NCBI GenBank assembly: GCA_043823065.1
Contig: JBDRBB010000001.1
Span: 64,001 to 128,000, forward strand
Length of the DNA: 64,000 bases
Direction: 5' to 3'
Origin: Pseudomonadota bacterium
GTDB lineage: Bacteria; UBA10199; 2-02-FULL-44-16; DYJF01
The notes beneath the pieces were generated by a model. The model was not told the DNA's origin. It did not search any database and was given only the letters and a program-made list of their open reading frames with translations. The stretch's first letter is position 1; every line of letters starts with the position of its first letter. Positions 55,842 to 64,000 of the stretch are shown here, piece by piece. A program made the translations under genes and the position numbers.

Positions 55842-57716
55842 ATGTGTGGTATTTGTGGAATTTTACATGCTCATTCAGCGTATAACGTTCAGGCTAGCGT
55901 TTTGGAAGCCATGAATGAAACTATGCGACATCGCGGGCCTGATGACGCTGGTGTTTATGTTAAGGGCAGTACTGGTCTGGCTATGCGGCGTCTTTCTATA
56001 ATTGATGTTGCTGGAGGTCATCAACCATTGGCCAATGAAGACGGCTCAATTCAAGCTATCTTAAACGGAGAAATTTATAATTATAAAGAGTTAAGAGAAG
56101 AGCTGGAAGCCCACGGGCATCATTTTAAAACCAATTCAGATACTGAGGTGTTGCCGCATTTATATGAAGAGCTGGGAGAAGATTGTATTGATAAATTAAA
56201 CGGTATGTTTGGTTTGGCTATTTGGGACGAGAAAAAGCGCAAGCTAATTTTAGCGCGTGATCGGATTGGCAAAAAACCTTTGTATTATACGATGCAAAAT
56301 ACTCTCTTGTTATTTGCTTCAGAATTAAAGGCGATTTGTGCCCATCCTGAAATTAAAAGAGAAATTGATGCAATTTCTTTGTCCAAATATCTTGCTTATG
56401 AATATGTGCCTGCTCCACGCACAATCTTTAGAAATATTTTTAAATTAGAAGAAGGACATATATTAATTTGGGAAGATGGCAAAACCACCAAGAAACAATA
56501 TTGGAACATTCCAGTACGTGAATTTGAGCGTATCAAGTTAACTGATGCCCAAGATTCGCTCAAAGATCTGTTATATTGTTCAGTCAAGCGTAGATTAATG
56601 AGTGATGTGCCTTTAGGTGTTTTTTTAAGCGGAGGGATTGATTCTTCAATTATCACTTATTTGATGAGCACAATATTGCCTCCAGAACAAATTAAAACTT
56701 TTTCCATTGGCTTTAGCGAAAAATCTTTTGATGAATCTTCTTATGCCCGTCTGGTTGCCAGTCATTTTGGCACAGATCATCATGAACAAGAATGCTCTGC
56801 TCAGGACTTGTTAAGTTTATTACCAGAAGTTCAAAACTTTTTAGATGAACCTTTAGGCGATTCTTCAATTATTCCAACATATGCGCTGTCAAAATTTACC
56901 AGACAGCATGTGACCGTTGCTTTGGGCGGAGATGGAGGCGATGAGCTATTTGCCGGTTATCCAACTTTTATCGCGGATAACTATGCTAAATACTATCGGT
57001 TTGTGCCAGGGCTAATTCGTAATAATATTGTGAGACCCTTGGTTGCTAAATTGCCGGTTAATGATGATAATATTAGTTTTGATTTCAAAGTTAAACAATT
57101 TGTCAAAGGAGCTGGTTTAAAAGAAGCAGAACGTCATTTTATCTGGATAGGTTCTTTTTCTCCAAAAGAATTGGAAAAACTATTTGGCGTGAAACAAATG
57201 ATTGATGTGTTTGATAATGTTAAACATCATTTAAAAATTGCCCATACAGCCAGTCCTGGTAATCAATTATTATATTTATATAATAAGTTATATTTAAACG
57301 AAGATATTTTAGTAAAAGTAGATCGGGCTTCTATGGGTTGTTCTTTGGAAGTGCGCGCTCCTTTTTTAGATTATCATGTAGTGGACTTTGTTAGTAGATT
57401 GCCATATTCCATGAAGCTTCATGGTTCCACTATGAAGTATTTGTTGAAAAAAACGTTTGGCCATATTTTGCCTCCAGGGGTTGCCAATAGGCCCAAAAAA
57501 GGTTTTGGTATTCCGGTTGCCAAATGGCTCAAGGGTCCCTTAAAACAAATGGCTCAAGATTTGTTGCATCCAGCAAAGATTAAAGCTGAGGGTTTTTTTG
57601 ATCCAAACGAGGTCGCTAGATTATTAACTGACCATTTAAGCAACAAAGTTGACAACCGTAAGAAGCTGTGGACACTGATGATGTTTGAAATGTGGTTGGA
57701 GCGTTGGGGTAAATAA
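55842..57716 (+). CDS. asnB: Asparagine synthase-like glutamine amidotransferase
   Basis: MCGICG, HRGPD, FLSGGIDSS and RPKKGF motifs. Confidence 0.92.
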   Translation: MCGICGILHAHSAYNVQASVLEAMNETMRHRGPDDAGVYVKGSTGLAMRRLSIIDVAGGHQPLANEDGSIQAILNGEIYNYKELREELEAHGHHFKTNSDTEVLPHLYEELGEDCIDKLNGMFGLAIWDEKKRKLILARDRIGKKPLYYTMQNTLLLFASELKAICAHPEIKREIDAISLSKYLAYEYVPAPRTIFRNIFKLEEGHILIWEDGKTTKKQYWNIPVREFERIKLTDAQDSLKDLLYCSVKRRLMSDVPLGVFLSGGIDSSIITYLMSTILPPEQIKTFSIGFSEKSFDESSYARLVASHFGTDHHEQECSAQDLLSLLPEVQNFLDEPLGDSSIIPTYALSKFTRQHVTVALGGDGGDELFAGYPTFIADNYAKYYRFVPGLIRNNIVRPLVAKLPVNDDNISFDFKVKQFVKGAGLKEAERHFIWIGSFSPKELEKLFGVKQMIDVFDNVKHHLKIAHTASPGNQLLYLYNKLYLNEDILVKVDRASMGCSLEVRAPFLDYHVVDFVSRLPYSMKLHGSTMKYLLKKTFGHILPPGVANRPKKGFGIPVAKWLKGPLKQMAQDLLHPAKIKAEGFFDPNEVARLLTDHLSNKVDNRKKLWTLMMFEMWLERWGK

Positions 57717-58705
57717 TGAAACTGGATATTGTAAAACTAGATCAGGAGCTTCGGGAAAATAATATCAGGCCACTTTATATAATTGTTGGTGAAGAAAATT
57801 ATTTAGCTCACAGTTCGCTTAAAAGAATCGAAAAATCAATATTTGGTAATGAGTCTAATGAATTAGCTCGCACAGTATTGGATGGTCAAGGTTTTTCTCA
57901 GGCAGCATTTTTACAGGCCCTGCAATCCATGCCCATGTTTGGTAACAAAACCTTGGTAATTGTGCGTGATGCAGATAAAATATCCAAAGAAAAGTTGGAA
58001 AACCTATTGCCCCATCTTGAGAAAATTTCTAGCGCAACAACAGCAATTTTTATGGCCGCAAAATTAGATGGCCGCAGTCGATTTATGCAAGTTTGTGCCA
58101 AAAATATACAAACGGCGATTATTGAGTGTAAACCGCTTTACGCCAATCAGGTTGCTTCATGGATCAATATGGAAATGCGTCATTTTCAAAAACAAATTGC
58201 GCAAGACGCAGCAGGTTTTTTGGCAGATATTGTTGGTTCTGATTTAGGTCAATTAATGCAGGCCATGGAGCGAATTTCGCTTTTTGTGGGACTAAAAAAA
58301 TTAGTTGAACTGGCAGATGTGGAAGAGGCTATTGCAGAAACTACGCAAAGATCTGTATTTGAATTAACTGACGCAATTGGCAATAAAGACAAGGCCAGGG
58401 CGTTGTCAGTGCTGCATAATTTAATGGAATATGGTGCTTCGCCTGTACTAATTTTAAATATGATTGCTCGTCATTTTAGAATTTTAATAAAAGCTAAAGA
58501 AGTTATTGGTAAAGGTTCGGAGCGTGAGCTTGCCTCGTATTTGGGTGTAAATTCCTTCTTTGTCAGAAACTATCTTAATCAGGCTCAGAAATATTCTATT
58601 ACAGAATTAAAAGCTAAATTTAGCGATCTTTGTTTTCGTGATCGCCAAATAAAATCCAGCCGCTTGCCTCGCGAACGTATTTTAGAACAATTGATTATCA
58701 ACTAA
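57716..58705 (+). CDS. holA: DNA polymerase III delta subunit
   Basis: LYIIVGEE, PMFGNKTLVIV and SVFELTDAI motifs. Confidence 0.88.
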   Translation: MKLDIVKLDQELRENNIRPLYIIVGEENYLAHSSLKRIEKSIFGNESNELARTVLDGQGFSQAAFLQALQSMPMFGNKTLVIVRDADKISKEKLENLLPHLEKISSATTAIFMAAKLDGRSRFMQVCAKNIQTAIIECKPLYANQVASWINMEMRHFQKQIAQDAAGFLADIVGSDLGQLMQAMERISLFVGLKKLVELADVEEAIAETTQRSVFELTDAIGNKDKARALSVLHNLMEYGASPVLILNMIARHFRILIKAKEVIGKGSERELASYLGVNSFFVRNYLNQAQKYSITELKAKFSDLCFRDRQIKSSRLPRERILEQLIIN

Positions 58706-58797
58706 TCCCCAAATCGATATATTTCTAAATCTCAAAAAAAACTTGCTTTCACAATAGGTTAGGCAGTATAGAGACGCACAAATATAGGGGGCTGGTA

Positions 58798-60078
58798 ATG
58801 AAAATCCTAGTGATAGGCAGTGGTGGCAGAGAACATGCGCTAGTGTGGAAATTGGCTCAATCACCAAGAGTCAAAAAGATATTTTGTGCTCCTGGGAACG
58901 CAGGAATAGCTCAAGAAGCAGAATGTGTTCCTATTAATGCTGATGACATTCAGGGTTTGCTAGCCTTTGCCTTAACGGAAGAGATTGATTTAACTATTGT
59001 TGGTCCGGAATTGCCCTTGTCTTTAGGCATTGTTGATACTTTTCAAGATGAACATCTGAATATTTTTGGCCCTTCTGTAAAGGCTGCTTGTTTGGAATCT
59101 TCAAAAGTTTTTGCCAAAGAGTTTTGTTTAAAACATAAAATACCAACACCTAAAGCTGTTTTTTTTGATGATATTAAGCAAGCTGTTGCTTATGTAGAGA
59201 CACAAAACAAGCCTATGGTTATTAAAGCTGATGGTTTGGCTGCAGGCAAGGGGGTGTTGATTTGTCAGGATAAAAATGAAGGTTTGGATGCTCTAAAAAA
59301 TATTATGGTAGCCAGGTCTTTTGGTGATGCTGGTAATAAAGTTGTAATTGAGGAATTTATTGAAGGAGAGGAACTTTCTTTTATTGCTATTTCCGATGGT
59401 GAAACAATTTTACCTTTGGCTAGTTCTCAAGATCATAAGCGCGCGTTAGATAATGATCTTGGATTAAATACCGGAGGTATGGGCGCTTATTCACCAGCAT
59501 CTATTTTAACTCAAGATCTGCACGATCAGATTATGCATGACATTATGCAACCAGTTATAAAAGGTATGGCGGCCCAAGGAACTCCTTTTATAGGTATTTT
59601 ATATGCTGGTATAATGATTAAAAATAATGTCCCTTATGTACTGGAATTTAATTGTCGATTTGGTGATCCTGAAACTCAACCAATTTTAATGCGTTTAAAT
59701 ACCGATTTGTTGGATATCATAGAAAGTGCAGTAAGCGGATATTTGGCTAGCTGGAAATTAGATTGGAAGCCTGATTCAGCTGTTTGTGTGGTTATGGCAG
59801 CAGAGGGTTATCCTGGTAGATATGAAAAAGGAAGAAAGATTAATGGTTTAAATGAGGTGGAGAATTTGCCTGGAGTTAAAGTCTTTCATGCAGGAACTCT
59901 GCAGGAGAATAATCAAATAGTTACCAATGGTGGCCGTGTATTAGGAGTGACAGCTTTGGGTGAAGATATAAATATTGCTGTTAGAAATGCTTATGCTGCT
60001 GTGGAAAAGATATCTTGGGAAGGTGTGCATTACAGAAAAGACATTGGAAAACGCGCCCTAGGGGGGAAAAATGGCTGA
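58798..60078 (+). CDS. purD: Phosphoribosylamine--glycine ligase
   Basis: GSGGREHAL, KADGLAAGKGV and EFNCRFGDPE motifs. Confidence 0.97.
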   Translation: MKILVIGSGGREHALVWKLAQSPRVKKIFCAPGNAGIAQEAECVPINADDIQGLLAFALTEEIDLTIVGPELPLSLGIVDTFQDEHLNIFGPSVKAACLESSKVFAKEFCLKHKIPTPKAVFFDDIKQAVAYVETQNKPMVIKADGLAAGKGVLICQDKNEGLDALKNIMVARSFGDAGNKVVIEEFIEGEELSFIAISDGETILPLASSQDHKRALDNDLGLNTGGMGAYSPASILTQDLHDQIMHDIMQPVIKGMAAQGTPFIGILYAGIMIKNNVPYVLEFNCRFGDPETQPILMRLNTDLLDIIESAVSGYLASWKLDWKPDSAVCVVMAAEGYPGRYEKGRKINGLNEVENLPGVKVFHAGTLQENNQIVTNGGRVLGVTALGEDINIAVRNAYAAVEKISWEGVHYRKDIGKRALGGKNG

Positions 60079-60559
60079 AAAAGCAAATGTCATGATTTTA
60101 ATGGGTTCAGATTCAGATCTGGCTGTAATGGAGGAAACAAAAAAGACTCTAGCTGAATTTGAAGTTGCTTGCAAAATGCATATTGCTTCAGCTCATCGTT
60201 CTCCAGAAAAAGTGGCAGATTTGGTAGGCAAGGCTCAAAAAAATGGTATAAAGGTTATTATTGCTGGCGCAGGCATGGCTGCACATCTGGCTGGCGCTGT
60301 GGCTGCGCACACTACCTTGCCAGTTATTGGAGTTCCTTTGGCAGGATCAGCTTTAAATGGTTTAGATGCCTTGCTTTCGACAGTGCAAATGCCGTCAGGA
60401 ATGCCAGTGGCAACAATGGCCATCGGCAAACCTGGCGCCAAGAACGCGGCAATTTTAGCGGTGCAGATATTAGCAACATCAGATGATGATTTGGCAGATA
60501 AATTGATGAAGTTTCGTGAGAAAATGAAAGCTAAGGTGGAGGATAGTGAATGTCTTTAA
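60071..60559 (+). CDS. purE: N5-CAIR mutase
   Basis: MGSDSD, SAHRSP and [10 protein letters not shown] motifs. Confidence 0.96.
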   Translation: MAEKANVMILMGSDSDLAVMEETKKTLAEFEVACKMHIASAHRSPEKVADLVGKAQKNGIKVIIAGAGMAAHLAGAVAAHTTLPVIGVPLAGSALNGLDALLSTVQMPSGMPVATMAIGKPGAKNAAILAVQILATSDDDLADKLMKFREKMKAKVEDSECL

Positions 60560-61188
60560 TATTACGCATCAATCCTAAAGAACCGGAAGCAGCAGAAATT
60601 GCCAAAGCAGTAGAATTTTTGCAAACCGGTGAGGTTGTTGCTTATCCAACTGAAACTATTTTTGGTTTAGGTGCAGATGTATTTAATAAGAAAGCTATTA
60701 AAAAAATTTATGATTTAAAATCCAGGGATTATGGTTTACCCATCTCCATTTTAATTGCTGATATTCCCATGCTCCGTCAATATGTTAAAGAAGTTCCAGA
60801 TCATGCTTTAAGATTAATGCGCAAATTTTGGCCAGGACCATTAACCATTTGTTTTCCAGCTAGTGAAGAAATTCCTAAAGGGTTAGTCACGAATACGGGT
60901 AGGGTTGGAGTTAGGCTTTCCTCACATCCTGTGGCTGCTGCTTTGGTAAAAGTTTTTGGTAAAGCCATAACCACTACCAGCGCTAATCTTTCAGGATATC
61001 CACCGGCTTTATCAGTTAAGCATATTCAAAAATATTTTGGCGAAAAAATACCTTGTATTATTGATGCTGGTGAGTGCGATCCTTCAAAAGGTTCAACAGT
61101 AGTTGATGTTGGTGAAGATACTATGCGTATTATTCGTGAAGGAAGTATCCCAGCAGATGAAGTGATTAAGTGTTTTCAAGATGCCTAA
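60550..61188 (+). CDS. tsaC: L-threonylcarbamoyladenylate synthase (TsaC/Sua5 family)
   Basis: [16 protein letters not shown] and TTSANLSG motifs. Confidence 0.93.
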   Translation: MSLILRINPKEPEAAEIAKAVEFLQTGEVVAYPTETIFGLGADVFNKKAIKKIYDLKSRDYGLPISILIADIPMLRQYVKEVPDHALRLMRKFWPGPLTICFPASEEIPKGLVTNTGRVGVRLSSHPVAAALVKVFGKAITTTSANLSGYPPALSVKHIQKYFGEKIPCIIDAGECDPSKGSTVVDVGEDTMRIIREGSIPADEVIKCFQDA

Positions 61189-61507
61189 TCTCTCCTACTT
61201 GAAATCTGATGTCCTTAATATTAATTCCAGGCACTGCTAATTTTATTTTTTCCAAAAGAGTGGATTGGAGAAAACTAAGTTCTTGCATCCAGGATGCATG
61301 CTTGACTTTAATCACTAAAGTATTCCCTTGCCATTTAGCAGGTTGAGAATTTTGGGCTATTTGCGGTCCAACAATATCTTCCCATATTTCACATACTTGA
61401 TATTGACGCATTTTTTTGGTTAAGCCCATATTTTTTAGGGCATCACCTAGAGCGGTGCTAAAGGTGCAGAAATTTTTATTCTTTTTTCTTTTGGGAGAGG
61501 GACGCAT
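61166..61507 (-). CDS. dciA: DUF721/DciA-family protein
   Basis: WEDIVGPQIA...LVIKVKHASWMQELSF pattern. Confidence 0.8.
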   Translation of the reverse strand: MRPSPKRKKNKNFCTFSTALGDALKNMGLTKKMRQYQVCEIWEDIVGPQIAQNSQPAKWQGNTLVIKVKHASWMQELSFLQSTLLEKIKLAVPGINIKDIRFQVGEIRHLENT

Positions 61508-61602
61508 GATATGCGTGCTTTAACACAATACTGGTTAATATCAAGATTTTTAGCCCCACAACTTTAAATAAAAAAAGCCGATAAGAGCTAGCGTGTTGCT
61601 AC

Positions 61603-61741
61603 TTCGGCAACCCAGCCACCATATCGGCTTTTCACCGTCCATCTGGTCCTGAATCCAGGAACTCACATGAACATTAAGTCAAAGCGACTTAGGCCTGTTG
61701 GCTTTGCGTCCCCTGATTTCTCAGGGTTTGCCCTTATCGGC
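61603..61741 (-). ncRNA. Cyclic di-GMP-I (GEMM-I) riboswitch with enlarged P3 loop
   Basis: Minus strand GGGCAAACCCTGA-GAAA-TCAGGGGACGCAAAGCC..GGCCTAA...ATGGTGGCTGGGTTGCCGAA. Confidence 0.88.
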
Positions 61742-61748
61742 AATTACT

Positions 61749-61757
61749 ATTATACCA
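61749..61757 (-). promoter_or_regulatory. Extended -10 promoter for the riboswitch RNA
   Basis: TGGTATAAT, 7 nt upstream of the aptamer 5' strand. Confidence 0.6.
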
Positions 61758-61927
61758 GAAAAATTAAGAATTATAAATGTTTTTTTTAGCTTGCTGATGC
61801 TTGTAATTACTGGAAATATTGCAAGCTATAGATATAATATAACAATTGACAAGTATGAGCGTTGACAAGTATACCGCGTGTCTGCAATAATTAATTATTA
61901 ATAAAATGGGGGAAAGGGGTGGTGGTT

Positions 61928-62293
61928 ATGAATAAAAAAGATTTAGAACATTTTAGAAAAATTCTTTTGCAGCGCCAACGAGATCTTATGGAAACAGCCT
62001 TAAATACTAAGGAAGAAGGTTTGGGTTTTGACCAAGCAGATATGCCAGATGAAGTGGATTTGGCAACTACCGAATGGGGACAATCCCTAAACCTTAGATT
62101 GCGTGATCGTGAATTGGTTTTGTGGAAAAAGATAAACAAGGCTTTAGAAAAGATTGAAGATGGAAGCTATGGAGTTTGCGAAAATTGTGAAGAGGAAATT
62201 ACTAAGAAAAGATTAGAAGCCAGGCCAGTTGCCGAGCTCTGTATTAAATGTAAAGAACAAATGGAAAAATTGGAAAAGGGCTACGCAGAATAG
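61928..62293 (+). CDS. dksA: DksA/TraR-family RNA polymerase-binding protein
   Basis: DEVDLA coiled-coil tip; YGVCENC...RLEARP...LCIKC. Confidence 0.9.
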   Translation: MNKKDLEHFRKILLQRQRDLMETALNTKEEGLGFDQADMPDEVDLATTEWGQSLNLRLRDRELVLWKKINKALEKIEDGSYGVCENCEEEITKKRLEARPVAELCIKCKEQMEKLEKGYAE

Positions 62294-62295
62294 AA

Positions 62296-64000
62296 TTAAT
62301 CCCTGCCTTTTTTGCAAATTTTGTTTCGATGATAAGGGCATTTAAAACAGGGCGGTTGCTTAACAACGACCTCAAATTTTTCTTGCTTAATATTATTAAT
62401 TATTTTTTCAAGTTTAGATTTATATTTTTTAGCCCACACGTCATCTATAGTTAATGGCCAAATAATATCTGGTTCTAAAAAATATAATTTTGTCTCGCTA
62501 ATGTTTAAGGCCAAAGCATAGGTTGCCAGCTGCAGTTCATATTCTTGAGAGCTTTTTTCTACTTCTTTATCTGTGATATGGTCTGTTTTGAAATCAATTA
62601 TTTCAAAACCACTCTTGCCAGGTTTTAGCCAATCAATTGTTCCGGTAATAATAGAATCATTAAACTTCCAATCAAAATGCAATTCTCTTTGACCGCTGTT
62701 TATGTTCTTAGCTAAAGGATTTTTCAAAAAAGTTAGTACTGGTTTTTCAATGACTTTAATTATTTTTGAAACAGGATTTATATTAGAGTTGATGCATTCA
62801 GCTTTGATTAAATCTTGAAGATGGGTTTTTAAACTGGGCTCATACTTTTGAATAATACTATGAATAATCGATCCTTTTATATTTGCTGGAAGAAGATCAG
62901 GCTTGCGTGAAAAAAAATCTTCCGCAGGTAGTCCCAAATGATATTTGAGAAAATATTCATGAGGACAGCGCTCATAGCATTCTAACTCTGAAACAGTAAA
63001 AAAACTGGGCGTAAATGAAGTCACTGGTTCAGTTGCGGCCATAGAAATATTATTCAACTTAAGTTGCAATGACTTATCTTGTTTAGATAAGTCCTGACCA
63101 GGATTTAGAATAGTTATGGAGCTTTTCTCTGTTGGCAAAGCCAGCCATTCTTGCCACTTTCCAGAAGGTTTTTGGCCATGGTGAATTGGGATAATTAGAC
63201 GATCTTTGGCCCTGGTAATTGCTACATAAAGCAATCTTTGCAATTCTTGTTCTTCTTCAGCCAAGTCCACTTCTTTGAGTTCCCTAAAAGCTGTAGTTTC
63301 TTGACGTTCCGCAAATGGCTGGACAGGGTTCTTAAGTTTAACTTCCAGACCTTTGTTGCGCACAAAGCGCCACGGATTTGCGTTAGCTGATTTCTTGCGC
63401 AAAAGATCAGGCAGAATGACTATTGGAAATTCTAAGCCTTTGGCTGCGTGAACAGTAAGGCAAGATATCACATCAGTACCAAAAGCGCTAACTGTCGGGT
63501 CACCTAGATGGGCATTTTTGGCCTTCATTTCATTTAAAAAACTGACAAATGTTTCCAAAGTAATAGGACCTGACTGTTCAAAGCTCTTGGCTAAACCTAT
63601 TATGCGCTCTAAATTAGCAGTCATGCTGCCAGAAGCGTCAAGCTTATCACAAATAAGGTCATAGCCGGTTTTTTGAATGGCTTGCTCCAGAATTTCAGAA
63701 GGTCTAAGATGCAAGGATGCTTGTTTTAAAAAATCTAAAATTCTCAGTCTTTGATCTGACTGCTGATTTTGACAAAAATGCAAACACTCTTCGTCAGAAA
63801 AGCCAATAAAAGGGGAACGCAGCAAACCTAAAAGAGCTGGTTTACTTTGTGGGTTAACCACATAGGTTAAGAGGTTAATTAAATCATTGGTCTCACGTTT
63901 TTCCAGCAATCCTTTGCCTCCCAAAAATCGATAAGGAATGTTATGTTTTTTAAAACTTGTTTCATATTCATGAAGATTGGTCATAGCTTGAAATAAACAG
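62296..64000 (-). CDS. UvrD/AddA-like helicase with C-terminal PD-(D/E)xK nuclease (5' end outside window)
   Basis: TVHAAKGLEFP, LLYVAITRAK and GTIDWL...IIDFKT motifs. Confidence 0.88.
   Translation of the reverse strand, partial: CLFQAMTNLHEYETSFKKHNIPYRFLGGKGLLEKRETNDLINLLTYVVNPQSKPALLGLLRSPFIGFSDEECLHFCQNQQSDQRLRILDFLKQASLHLRPSEILEQAIQKTGYDLICDKLDASGSMTANLERIIGLAKSFEQSGPITLETFVSFLNEMKAKNAHLGDPTVSAFGTDVISCLTVHAAKGLEFPIVILPDLLRKKSANANPWRFVRNKGLEVKLKNPVQPFAERQETTAFRELKEVDLAEEEQELQRLLYVAITRAKDRLIIPIHHGQKPSGKWQEWLALPTEKSSITILNPGQDLSKQDKSLQLKLNNISMAATEPVTSFTPSFFTVSELECYERCPHEYFLKYHLGLPAEDFFSRKPDLLPANIKGSIIHSIIQKYEPSLKTHLQDLIKAECINSNINPVSKIIKVIEKPVLTFLKNPLAKNINSGQRELHFDWKFNDSIITGTIDWLKPGKSGFEIIDFKTDHITDKEVEKSSQEYELQLATYALALNISETKLYFLEPDIIWPLTIDDVWAKKYKSKLEKIINNIKQEKFEVVVKQPPCFKCPYHRNKICKKGRD

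Noticed and set aside
61603..61741. cGAMP-sensing GEMM-Ib variant
   Set aside because: The specificity position is G (GGGCAAA), not A.

Overview
A 64-kb AT-rich chromosomal segment from a deltaproteobacteria-like bacterium, inferred from gene order and Cys-TM-basic C-terminal sorting signals. The housekeeping backbone is dprA-topA; rpsB-tsf-pyrH-frr-uppS-cdsA-dxr-rseP-tsaB-hutH-psd-pssA-asd-truA; pyrG-rpoN-hpf-ptsN-hprK-EIIA-ptsH-ptsI; rplM-rpsI; merR-nifU-nifS; rsmE; an envelope glycosylation block; holA-purD-purE-tsaC; dciA; dksA; and a partial UvrD/AddA-like helicase-nuclease. No rRNA, tRNA, CRISPR array or transposase was seen. The best candidate for an undescribed system is the pair of tandem paralogues at 4301-7421 (642 and 329 aa). 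They contain no lysine, lack a signal peptide, share an N-terminal motif and a promoter motif (G[C/A]AAC-N15-CCGATAA), and end in beta-barrel-like domains; a large TSP3-repeat surface protein follows them. Other highlights are a sigma54-promoter cluster of four acidic signal-less proteins including an RTX-repeat protein, an apparent surface-protein/beta-barrel polyprotein, several palindromic repeat families (two copies inserted in frame in genes), a c-di-GMP-I riboswitch with a large insertion upstream of dciA, and the absence of the kds/lpt genes from the pyrG-rpoN junction. All product calls come from motif recognition, not database searches.
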